Below the pieces are notes generated by a model. It ran no database searches and was not told the origin of the DNA. It worked only from the letters and a program-made list of their open reading frames with translations. The translations under genes were made by a program, and so were the position numbers. DNA of 64,000 nucleotides from NCBI GenBank assembly GCA_001929475.1, contig LXFE01000119.1, forward strand, positions 1 to 64,000. Direction: 5' to 3'. Of this stretch, positions 37,206 to 49,096 are shown piece after piece. Within the stretch, counting starts at the first letter, position 1. Every line of letters begins with the position of its first letter. The DNA comes from Neolecta irregularis DAH-3 (taxonomy: Eukaryota).

Positions 37206-37644
37206 AGGAGAAATAATAGTGAAGGAAGAAATGTCGAGATAGAAATCAATTTTTGTATTGCATTTGTTGACAGACCATTAGTTTCGCCTTTAAATTCCGA
37301 TCCTGATAGTGCTTTTGTCTTTTGAATACGTTCATTGGTTGTTCAGCTGTGAATTGATTGCCATTTGCTCAAAGTTATGCTCGCAAGATTTGTCACCGAT
37401 CACGTGATAACATGAACTGTATAGTTTGAACTTTGTGAATATGTGCAGCATACTTCACCAAGGAAAGAAAGGGCCAGATAGAAATCATTTTATATCGGCA
37501 TTTTTGGTTATTTAGTGAATTTGGTATTGCACCTATATAAACATTTAGTCAAAGATGTGCTGTTCATATTGAATATAACAGGGGCAGCAAGTATATGTAG
37601 CCATGAGCTATTTTTAAAATCAAGACCCACCACTTACCGAAATA

Positions 37645-40623
37645 ATGCATCTTTCGCCAAAAGAGATTGATAAACTTTTGATATCACAGGTATGATTTGA
37701 TCTGTGGTTATGTTGAATATTAGACTGGATGGTTAGCTCAGAGGAGACTTGCTCGTGGGGTCAAATTGAACCGAGCAGAAGCAATTGCCCTTATTGCATC
37801 ACAATTACATGAGCGAATCAGAGATGGAAGCACAGTTAGCCGTCTTATGGACGAAGGAAAGAGACTTCTTGGGCGGAGACATGTTCAAGTCTGATCACTC
37901 TCATTTGTAATGAAGAACTAATGACATAGATAAATGTGGTTAATGGATTGAGCGAAGTTCAAGTTGAAGGGACATTTGAAGATGGGACCTATCTTGTCAC
38001 TGTTCATAATCCGATATGCACGGATGATGGAGATCTCGAAAGTGCGCTTTATGGGTCATTTTTACCCGTCCCGTCCAACGATATGTTTCCTCTTGTATCT
38101 GAAGATATGTATGCGTCATCATCTCAGCCAGGTGCAGTCAAGGTCATAAAAGGAGTTATTCCTCTCAACGAGGGTCGGAATCGCATCAAGATCAAAGTGA
38201 TGAATAAAGGAGATCGGCCGATTCAAGTTGGATCGCATTATCATTTCATCGAGACAAATTCCAGCTTGGAATTCGACAGAATCGCGAGTTACGGTCGAAG
38301 GCTTGATATTCCTTCTGGGACAGCGGTTCGTTTTGAGCCAGGTGATATGAAGACTGTTTTACTTGTCGAAATTGGAGGAAACCGTATCATTACGGGTGGA
38401 AATAACCTTGCCTCGGGCCCGGTATCTTCACACCGGACCAATGATATCCTTCTCAGAATTCAACAGGCTGGGTTCTTTCACGCTCCATCACCAAAAACAG
38501 ATCTTGTTCTTCTACAGACTCGGACAATCATGGACCGGGAAGCTTACGCTGAGATGTTCGGACCAACGACTGGAGACCTCGTACGTTTAGGAGACACAGA
38601 TCTGTGGATCCGTGTGGAGAAGGATTTCACTGTTTACGGAGATGAATGTAAGTTTGGAGGTGGCAAAGTGATTCGAGATGGAATGGGGCAAGCTAGTGGA
38701 CGGACTGATAAAGACTGCTTGGATTTGGTTATCACGAACGCATTGATTGTAGATTATACCGGGATCTACAAGGCTTGTTCTTTCGTTTCAACGACGCTGC
38801 TTATCTGACGATAGGCGGATATAGGGATCACCAATGGAATGATTGTTGCTATCGGAAAATCTGGCAATGAGGATGTCATGGATGGCGTTACTCCTGGGAT
38901 GACTATAGGAAGCAATACTGATGTCATCGCGGGAGAAAAAAAGATCATCACTGCTGGAGGCATCGATTCGCATATCCACTTCATATGCCCGCAACAAGTT
39001 GAAGAGGTATTAAGGTTTCTTGAATCGCTTCATAACTTTCAGAGCATAACTTCTGGGATCACAACGTACATTGGGGGTGGAACAGGACCAAGGTTGTCTT
39101 GAGAAACATACTCTAGATTGATGTGACCAGCACCGGTACGAAAGCGACAACGTGCACTCCTTCCGCAAACTACATTAGATCTATGCTTCAATCCTTAGAC
39201 ACTCTTCCAATCAACATCGGGATAACTGGAAAAGGAAATGATACAGGTTCTGCAGGACTTCGAGATCAAGCTGAAGCGGGAGTTATCGGATTGAAGCTAC
39301 ATGAAGACTGGGGAACTACTCCATCTGCTATCAATACTTGCTTAGAGTGGCCACTAAGTTTCTTTAACAAAGCTAAGTATTGAAGGGTTTGCGATGAATA
39401 TGACATTCAGTGCCTAATACATACGGATACGCTTAATGAGAGTGGATTTGTTCAAAGCACAGTAGATGCATTCAAGGTATGTTTTTTGCATCAGCTCAAG
39501 GCTCATGGGCCAGGGAAGGACTATTCATACGTATCATACCGAAGGCGCTGGCGGTGGCCACGCTCCCGATATTATCTCTGGTCTTTTTCTCTTGGTTCCC
39601 CCGTTCATGAGCTAACTCAGCTAGTTGTCGGACTTTCGAATGTTTTGCCTTCCTCGACAAATCCTACTCGCCCATTTACCTGCAATACCCTTGATGAACA
39701 TCTTGGTATCTCCTTTTCTAAATGATCTCTCTAAAGTGTTGAGATATGTTAATGGTATGTCATCACCTTTCGAAATCAATTCCAGAAGACGTCGCATTTG
39801 CAGAATCAAGGATTCGAGCTGAAACTATCGCTGCCGAAGATGTACTTCATGATATTGGGGCCATATCTATGATGTCTTCAGACTCTCAGGCGATGGGGCA
39901 TTGTGGAGAAGTCATTCTTCGAACATGGAAGACTGCTCATAAGAACAAGGTCCAGAGAGGAGTGCTTCCAGAAGAATCCGCCGATGGAGATAACTTTAGG
40001 GTGAAAAGGTATATCAGCAAATACACTATCAATCCAGCAATTGCACATGGGATGAGCCACTTGATTGGAAGTGTTGAAGTTGGGAAATTAGCTGATCTAG
40101 TCCTCTGGGAGTTTGAATCTTTTGGTTGTAAGCCCGAAATGGTCATTAAAAGCGGAATTATTACATACTCTCAGATGGTAAGCATTCCGCTAGGAATGAT
40201 TTCAATCAACTAAAGTCTCAAGGGTGATTCGAATGCTAGTATTCCGACCGTCCAACCGGTATGATGTCATATATGACACAGCCATCTCTAAGAAACCAGA
40301 TCTATATGCGACCTATGTTTGGCGCATTTCTTCCTTCAGCACATGTTACGTTCATGTCTCAAGCTGCCGTTAATAATGGTCTTGACAAGGTTTATGGTTT
40401 GAAAAAGAGGGCAGAACCTGTCAAGAGTTGTCGACGAATTGGAAAATCTGAAATGAAGTATAATGATGCTACGCCCCAGATGAAAGTTGACCCGGATTTA
40501 TATCAAGTGCGCTTCTGATGTTTTTACTGATCTGATTATCGATAGGTGTTCGCTGATGGTGTTTTGTGTGAAGCAGAGCCCTGTGACAAGTTACCCCTTA
40601 CAACTGCATATTTCTTATATTAA
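37645..40623 (+). CDS. URE1: Urease (fused gamma-beta-alpha, eukaryotic type)
   Basis: [60 protein letters not shown] and SSDSQAMG; 12 introns. Confidence 0.98.
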
Positions 40624-40979
40624 ACACAATTGTTTTGTGCGCAATGGGACGAATATCTGCCTTGCTCTCCGATTTTCCCACTGCATGCAAAAATGGATGC
40701 AGTCTTCAAGATACCCTAACTTGCATAAACAGGCAACGATTCTCAAATAAATATATGGGTTGGCTCTATGATTGTGACCAATGTTGGTATTGTTTCCCTT
40801 GGTGTATAGAACTGGCTAAGGTTGCTCATTTGTAGCCGCTAAAAACATCATGATGATGCTAACCCTTAGACCCTGGAATCTAAGGGTAACTAGTAACCGA
40901 AAATTCCCATAGGTTTGATTCAGAAAAACAAGAGAAATATCAATACAGACAGCAAAGTTATCAATCAAACTTCAAAATT

Positions 40980-41796
40980 TTAGTCAGTAGAAATTTCCAT
41001 AGGGGCCTCCCCATCTTCATTTTGTGTACTTTCCTCTCTTTTAGGTGAATTTGAATGCGAAACTAGTGTTCTCGAAGGCTGAGTATCCAGCTCCCTGGAA
41101 TCACTTGTCTCTTTCCCAGCAGTATGCCGATTCATCCGCGTATCTTCAGGTGGTGGCACAATTCCGTTTACTTTGTCTTCCTTTTGCAGTTCCCCTTCTG
41201 CATGTAATCCGTTTCCATTCTGAGGGCCGAATGGAATCGGCACTAGTCTTGCACCGCCCAGAGAGTCGTCTTCAGCATCTTCGCGATTTGTTTCAGCTAC
41301 AAGTAAAGGCAGTGGATAGTCTGAAGTTGTTGTTGTAACCTAAGCGGTAAGAATTGATGTCTGTCCAGTAATCTGTACATTGACGACTCGTTCAATTGCG
41401 CGGAGATATTTTGCTAGATCATTGTAATGTTGCGTTGGACTCATTAACAGTTCTGCGAGTCTTTGAATAGTGAATGGTGCGGCACTTTGGAAATCGTTCT
41501 CCAACGTTGCTTTGATTGTATCGATCAAGAAGCCAGCGTGTGGACAATCAGCAAAGACTGTAATATTCTAACTCTAGTCAAAACCATATTTTGATTTGGA
41601 GTCTCTACGGCCTCGAACATTGCAAAAATGATGAGTAGCAACTCTGACCATGCTGTTCTTTTGTTCGGTTAGCCATTTCTCGAAGGTATATAGGTTTCAA
41701 GTACGTTACTGTTCCTGTGGCCGCAATAGACCCGAGAATGGCAGTATCTCCACGGTTAGCATCTCTTTTGAGGCAATAATATTTACCGGACTGCAT
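40980..41796 (-). CDS. Protein phosphatase 4 regulatory subunit R2 (Psy4/PPP4R2-like)
   Basis: APFTIQRLAELL..P..HY....KYLRAIERVVNV. The 5' exons are inferred. Confidence 0.85.
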
Positions 41797-42145
41797 TCGA
41801 TAATAAAGGCGCAGATATCCCGTACTATTAAACCTTTAACTAAAGTCGTAATCACGATTTTAGTAACAAATAGAACAATCACCACCAAGACCGTCTCCTT
41901 TTCAGCACATCACGCTCAACAGTCATTTCATTTCAAACTTAATCACCCTCATACAGGTCTTGTGCGTCGCGTGAAAATTATTTGCAGGTTTCTCCTTTGC
42001 GCTCGCCTCCTTACATCGATTTGCCCGATTTTTCACCCGAATTCAGCCGCCCGGCAACCTTGGTGGGCGACTGGTTCCGTATTTCTCCGCCATTACCTCA
42101 GAATCTCTCCGTCGTTTTTTGCCGCTGGACGATGCAAATCTAGGC

Positions 42146-43422
42146 ATGGTTGTACGTGTTTTTTACGCATTGGTCTGACGTGGGCCAGTATTTTCCAAGG
42201 TCGCCCTGGAGCTTAGGCTTCCTTGCTATTTCGTTCCTCGAGTCCGTTATCGTCCTCGCCTTTGAAGGATACGCGTTCGGCCGCTTCACCATCAACCAAA
42301 AGCCATGTCCGATCGGCGAGAAAAACTGTTCGAGGGATCGGACAATACCGACGTACCTTGCGCTCTTCATTTTCGCACATATATTTCAGCTGGGAATGGC
42401 CTATGATTCGCTGCGGATGAAAAACACTATTCAGGTAGGATTCCTGTCATCTCCGTACTGATCCCGAGCTTATTGGGCTTTGTCTTTTCAACGGGGCTCT
42501 GTTGATTTACGCCGCCTTACAAATCGACCAAATTCACCAGTCGCTGCGAGTCTTGTTATCTCATGGAAGCGCAAGCAAGGATATCTGGTCAGGTACCATT
42601 TCTTAATGTTCCTGTTTAAAGAAATTAATTAACCCGCTAGCAATTCATCCGTTCCTCGCGGTGATACCCGTTGTAATTGCTGTCTCGTGTTTATTCATGG
42701 CACTGGCAGCCTACCAGCTATTCAAGGAATTCGGATGGTCCGTGTATAAGCATATCGGAGCAGACCTACAGATGAAACGACGGTTTTTCACTTACCAAAT
42801 CTTCATCGCTCTTCTCAAGTTTGATTTCTTCTTTTGTACATTCAAAGCTCAGCATCTGTCTGCTAATCTAGCAGTTGTTGGTTTTACGGTTCAGTTTGTA
42901 GTGATTATCCTTGCTATAAAGGATATCGAATTTTCGCTCACTATCGCGGCCATCCCCATCACCATCCTTCTGTTGTTTTTCTTTGCTTGGTCAGTAAGGT
43001 ACGAAAAAGTTTGGGGCATGATTGCGTCAGAAGTCGTTGCTCTTGCAGGTCTTGCTTACTTCTTCTATAAAACAATCAGAATGTGGGAACCCGAAAGTGC
43101 GTTCAAATATGCAAGCGCGCGGAAATCACTTACAACATTTGGTATGATAAGAACCATCGCGTTCTTGATGTCTAATCTGACAGCCGTTATCACAATCATC
43201 CTTCTTTTCATTACTATCACCCATGCAGGTGTATGCATGTCGAATTTCAACAAGGGCTTGAAAAAGCACAGTATGTCCTATTGCCTTTATCATTGGTCCA
43301 ATGACATAGTCAATCGTCGAAAGATTCATACCGACAACGAGAAATATGAGATGAGCGAATACACCGACTATACATCCAATCAGGCACCTCACCAAGCAAC
43401 CGCTCGCATGACCATAGATTAA
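42146..43422 (+). CDS. Conserved fungal multi-pass membrane protein (UPF0658-like)
   Basis: TIPTYLALFIF, DSLRMKNTIQ, EFGWSVYKHIGADL, ALLKFDFFF and NFNKGLK; several introns. Confidence 0.85.
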
Positions 43423-43729
43423 TTTTCGGGTTTTTGATTTGATTGATTTGTTTCATAATGGCATGCGATATGGATTCGAGAGGGTTGGAGTTTCCTTAAA
43501 TTTTCCATGATCTGAGTAATTTACTGGTGTATGTGAATTTTTGAATGATCTGTTACTTGATCTTTTCCACCTTTCTCCGCTCTTTCTATAGTATTTTGAA
43601 ATAATTCAGTTTCAACCAGCAAAGAGGAAAAATAGGATCGACTAGACTGACATAACACTACGGAATGGGGCCTATCTATAGGAATATCTTGAATCCAATT
43701 CATGTGAATCAACCTCCCATTTTAATCGT

Positions 43730-45068
43730 ATGGCAACAGATCCAGACTTTCCACCACGCCTATTGGCTATATTCTATAGTGTCTTTGACGATATTACCGG
43801 CCCGAAAATCCTCCATCGTTGCCCTCTAGACTTTCATTTCGACTTTGATTCCATATCGGAATATGTCATCCCAAAACGTCAGCATTGCAACAAACTCGTT
43901 TCTTTATCGACAGGCGAGTACCGTATTATCGGTTATCCAACCTGCCTAATCGATCAATCAAAATATCCTCGAAATGCGTTAATATTCAACCTATGCGTTG
44001 TTCTGGAAGAAGGAGGCGATACGAATTGCTATATCGATGTGGTAAGACGTCTTGCGCGAAATCTCAAGGCTCTGGAAGAACAGACTGCGTTTTTATCAGA
44101 TGAAGGCAAAGTTTGGAAGCTATGGTCGATTATGGACCAGCTTTTGGAGGACCTGAACAATTATTGTGAATGTATGATTCCAATAGGTATGTTTTCCCAT
44201 GGTATATCAAACTGACGCAAACAGACGATGAGAATATCATCAACATTAAGTTATTTCCGACATATAGGACTCCTCAAAGGGCGAAGGCCTGGCAGGTGCC
44301 TATTTGCACGGTTCAGCTGGAGTTATTGATGGATGTTAACTGGGATATGACAATGATCAGAGTATGACAAAGCTCAAATGCCTAGCTCACGAAATGGTTG
44401 TTCCGTTTATTGATGGTATCAATTCGGTGAAACGGATATCAGAACTTGCCGATGTCGAATTAGCGTTAACTAAAAAGTGCATGGAGCATCTGCTGTATCG
44501 CTATCGTGGCATATATATTCTAACCGGCAGATATTACAATTGTCTCATCATGGTCGATATCTTTCAGTTCAGCAACTGCTACACAGTTTTGCACGATATC
44601 TCGAATTTGGAGATATCAGAGTGTCTACAAGCTGAATGCGTAGCGTATACATCCAACTCTCGTAAAGTCTACCTAGGGAGCTTTTCCTGACGAAGCAGAT
44701 TCTCCGTCTACAGGTATCGAAACCATCCTCAATCTCTATAAATCGCTTCACCAAGAAATCACTATACGACAGTGGATAGCTGAACATCGTTCTGAAGTCA
44801 AGGGAATCGACATTCGGAGATTTATCTCGTTTGGAGTTATCAAAGGATTTCTTTATCGAGTGATGAAATATCCTGTTCTTCTCAATCCAACCTCGCAGAA
44901 AGTGAATAGTCTTACAAAGTACAATATGTCCTTTGTCTATTTGGACTTATAGGTAGATTTGCAAATGGGAATCATCACATGGACGAGATCTGCACGGAAT
45001 TCGAGTGTAGCTTGGTTGAAGCGCAGGAAGCATTAGAACAATTAGGAGTCGAATATGTTTATAAATAA
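43730..45068 (+). CDS. NPR2: GATOR1/SEACIT subunit
   Basis: IFYSVFD..GPKI, YVIPK, KYPRNALIFN, DLNNYCECMIPI, INIKLFP, WDMT and DIRRFISFGVIKGFLYRV; 5 introns, one apparently non-canonical. Confidence 0.95.
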
Positions 45069-45069
45069 T

Positions 45070-45959
45070 TCACCCAGCATATCGGTCATTCTTCTTCTTA
45101 ACTCGAAGATCAAGAAGTGCTTCATTCAGCAGACCCTCTTTGTCAGCTTTTCGAAGTTCTTTTACCCTTTCGTCCGTTAGTTTTTTCCCGACCCTAACAA
45201 GTCAGTGAGATTAATGTCAATATCATACAGGCGTTCGAGTTCAGACCGTGAGACCTTGTGAGGTTTTTTTTGGTCCTCGACTTTTTTGGCCTCCGCTAAC
45301 CGCCTCTTTAAAAACCGCTTTTGAACTCGGAGAATGAAAATTTCGTTCTCAGTTAAATGTTCACTGTCACCTGTCCGCATTGGAATAAATAGTGGGGAAT
45401 TTGATGGTACCTCGAATTTCGTATCCATTCTGCACTTTTCCAATAGACACGTACTTTTCAATCTTACTCTTCAATGTCCATCCATTGTCAGTCACTCTTT
45501 CCAAACTCCAAGCTTCCATCAAACCGATAGCTTCTGTATTTGCAGTCAAACTTCCAAACTTATCAACGGAAAGATATTTCCCGGTATGCGATTTTAATGC
45601 GAATTTCTCTGTTCCTCCGACCGTTGTGATCACCCAGACTTGACGTACATCTTCGGGCTCCAGATTTTCGGAGAGTTTAGAAGTGAACAGCTTACCGATC
45701 GGATCACAAGAAAGTGCTAGAGGAGCACCAAGGCATGCTCTTGAGATGAGAATAAGAGGTCCTGAGAGTAATTCGAGAGATGTAGGAAATGTCCATCCTT
45801 CTGGATCGCCATCATCTTCGTGATTATTATTCTGAGAGGTTTCAGGATCCTTTCGTTTCCGCTTTCTATCAGAGTATTAGAATAGTTCATATAAAGCCTC
45901 TACTTCTTTGATTCGCCTTTGAAGGTCAGTTTCTTGGTAGTAATTGTATATTCACTCAT
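45070..45959 (-). CDS. FRG1: FRG1-family (fascin-like) protein
   Basis: KKLTFKGE, EPEDVRQVWV, ALKSHTGKYLSVDKFG, ILRVQKRF and EALLDLRVKKKNDRY; 3 introns. Confidence 0.9.
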
Positions 45960-46010
45960 ATGAGACGTGGAGTGGAGTTTGACAAAACAACTCGGACCTA
46001 CTACAGTTCT

Positions 46011-46688
46011 ATGTACCTATGCCGCTTTTTTACCACATTGAAATCCTGTATACAATGCGGAAACCAACTATCAATTTCTCGAGTTGTTTGCGGCAAATGC
46101 AAGGCTGTTGTACCTGTTCCTGAAACTGTTTCATATTTCGAATTATTTGGGCTACAGCAACCGCCTCAAGGCGACTTCAATATTATTCCCAGATCACTAC
46201 GGAAAGACTTTCTCAAGTTGCAACAACTGGTCCATCCGGATGGATATGGAAATAGCTCAGATGCATGCGAATTGTGCAGACTGATCATTGACTTATAGAA
46301 TCAGCAGCAGACAGCAGTTGCTGTGAGTTCCCACATAAATAGAGCTTACAGTACGCTGTCATCGCCTTTGTCACGCGCAGAATATCTTTTGAGTCTACAA
46401 GGAATAAAAATCGAGGAAGATGAGGGGAGTTCGGATCAGGATCTACTTATGGAGGTCATGGAAATTCGAGAGACAATTGAGCAAATTCGTTGTGAAAGTG
46501 ACCTCGAGGTTATCAAGGCTGAGAACAACGAAAGGATTCAGAATGTCGTTCAAAAACTCGCAGAATCTTTTAGTACAGTAAATTTTGAAGAGGCGAAAAA
46601 GGGTGTTATACGCTTAAGATATTGGGAGAATGTGAGGCAAGCGCTGAATAACTGGACGCCTGGAGGAAGTATTCGTCTCCAGCACTAA
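46011..46688 (+). CDS. JAC1: Mitochondrial Fe-S cluster co-chaperone HscB/Hsc20 with tetracysteine motif
   Basis: YFELF, LQQLVHPD, INRAYSTL..PLSRAEYLL, LLMEVMEIRE and LRYW; GC-AG intron 46263-46298. An alternative in-frame ATG lies at 45960. Confidence 0.93.
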
Positions 46689-47022
46689 GAATAGTTTATC
46701 ACGAAGGAGTTAATCAAACTCCCGAACGAACAGTGTTGAACATTTCAGGCTCGTTCCGTCGATACTTGGCTGACTCATTGTTTTCAACGTGACCATAGAG
46801 ATGTGTTGCTATTTGGGCAAAATACATTGGACAGTCAAAAAAAGTCAAATCAATTTTTCAATTGAAATTAGGCACATCAAGCTAACTCAAATCTTCCCTT
46901 TGCTGTGAAACAAATATCATGACTCGTGGGAAGTACGACAACATCGCCTATATATTAACAAGTGGTAGAAACCTGTCATCCGTTCATGCTTTGGTTTTTC
47001 ATGACTGTATATGAATGCAAGC

Positions 47023-47308
47023 TGTAGGATATACCTTTGGTACATCTTACCAATACAGCAGTTGGCGCCCAATATCGTGGCCCTTCTAATTTGGAGGATA
47101 TAAAGCGGAAAAACGAATGAACCTAGTCTAAGTTCAGTTATCTTAGACTTGTATAATAAACCCTAGCTTTATTTGTATTCAGTTGAGATACTTGCACAAG
47201 CAACACTAATTCATTTCAGCCATGCCTAATGGCCATTCAACAAGATAAATTAAAGTTTAGCTTAAGAGATCCCCTACACTACGGAGCGGGTATCATAATG
47301 TTCCTACA
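47023..47308 (-). mobile_element. Solo-LTR-like element, 286 bp, with TGTAGGA...TCCTACA termini (copy 3)
   Basis: Perfect 7-bp terminal inverted repeats with TG...CA ends and an internal AATAAA on the minus strand. Similar to copies at 5989 and 34608. No target-site duplication found. Confidence 0.7.
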
Positions 47309-47319
47309 TTCTAACCCTT

Positions 47320-49096
47320 TTACTTAAACGCTCGCATTAGTCGAAGGGTTTCATCAGTAAGCCATTTGACATCCTCTCTTGGATACCAACATTCATCATA
47401 CGAGAAATTGACAAATGCACGACCATTGAATCCCGTGATATGAAGGCTTGTTTCTTTACCGCAGAACTACGAATTAAGTCTTAAAATGAATGCTGGTCGA
47501 CGAACCTTGACCCCCGTTCCAACATCCCTAACCATAAGACTACCCGGCAGTTTTGACTTTGTCGGAATGACTCTTTGGTAATATTTATCAACAAGCCCGA
47601 CAGAAGACAGGTAAGGCATTTTGTCAGAGTCGGCAGGCGTCTCCGCGTCAAGCTCTAGAGTCTTTAGAACGGTTTCATGAGACCAGTTTAATGTATTGGG
47701 GCTTTTCAATGCTATGGATTAGTCTATATGTAAGAAAAGAAAAGCGCACCGCTATTCCAATTCTGCTTGCTCTCGGCAGCAGCTTGTTCTAGAACAAGCT
47801 GATCATCTTTTCCTTCAAAAGTGTCGATTGAAGTAGAAGAGGGAAAGAAAACAAAGGAGCATTGGAAGTGGTGAGTAGCATTTTTGTAAGGCGCTTTGAA
47901 ATGAGGGCGACCGTTGATGATATTGAAGGGCCAAATTTGGTGAAGAGTATCGGGCGATTTGCCAGTCTTGCGCGATTCCAATTTGTAACAGGCGAGAGAG
48001 AGAGCAGCGTTCATGGCTTGTGTTATAGTATAACCCTAAGGTTAGAGGCGCGAGTTATAAGCAAAACCTTTGCTTTCCAGGTCTTACGAATGGCATCAAA
48101 ATCTTCTTTTTCGATAACCACGGTATAGTGTGAAGACTTTGCCATCGTAGGTTTATAATCTTTGGGTGATAGGTTGGTATAAACCCCTTGGGACGGCTAG
48201 AATTTAGCATGCATGGTGTGAAGCCGTCACACACTCCTTTAGAAACAAGATTCTCGAAATGAGTATTGAGCTCATCGACAGTTTCTGCGGAAAGAGGCTC
48301 CCCTTCCTTTCGAATTCCGAATTGCAATGGAGCCGAAGGGCTAAGGCGCTCGGGCTCGCCAGCAAAGTCCCAGAGAGCTTGCTTCGGGACTCCCTTGGCA
48401 ATAAGTTTGAGCATACGGCCAAAGAAAATGTGTCCACCAATGCCATCACTCTACTGAGTCAAAACTCGACTCTCTTCAAGGGAAGAAACCATGACATGAT
48501 TGCACGAAATTCCAAGGAAATGATCACCAGTCGTATCATTCTGCACGAATTTGAGCCGAAAGTCCACATGCTTTGGCGATTTCGTTTCCTGACCCTCAGC
48601 AGGCGTCACTTCTGTATGGCAATGGGATGGATCAAGGAGATAGGTCTGAAAATCGGCCAGCGAAATTCCACGTTTCGATGCGTCCATGACTTCTAGAGAC
48701 CGCTCAGCCCAAGCATCAATATCAGCCTCCGATCTGGGCCGTTCGTATCGGAGGTACCGAGCCTCAAACGGCCCATTGGCATTGACGGATATGTGAGGCG
48801 AAGTTCGTCTCATTTCTTTCCACGCAGTCTTCACACGACTAGGAAAGTATCAGACCAGAATGGATCTAGGCAACGCACCAGATAAGCTCTTTGCCAGAAA
48901 GAGCAGATGGTGGAATGTGAAAAGTGACATGAGTGGCGGCGGAGTAAAGCTTTCAGATTAGACATAGAACGGAGGAGCATACTCCTTGCGCAGCAACATT
49001 TCCAATGTCCATGAGGAGCTCGGTTGCTGCTCGGTCGCGAACATAGACATCGGGATTGTGTGCAGATTGGCGCCAAGAGAGTCTGACTGATTCCAT
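47320..49096 (-). CDS. CoA-dependent acyltransferase (HxxxDG; Tri3/condensation-fold-like)
   Basis: Spliced product MESVRLSWRQ...YVRDRAATE...AWKEMR...CNHVMSDGIG...LSSVGLVD...FSYDE; 7 GT-AG introns keep the frame. Confidence 0.75.

Noticed and set aside
37936-40518. Fragmented ORFs in urease (and other genes) as pseudogenes or recoding events
   Set aside because: All breaks are explained by short introns that restore conserved motifs.
41748-41786. Additional GAG-acceptor intron in the PP4R2-like gene
   Set aside because: It is 39 nt and stop-free, so splicing is not forced by frame. Not counted as evidence.
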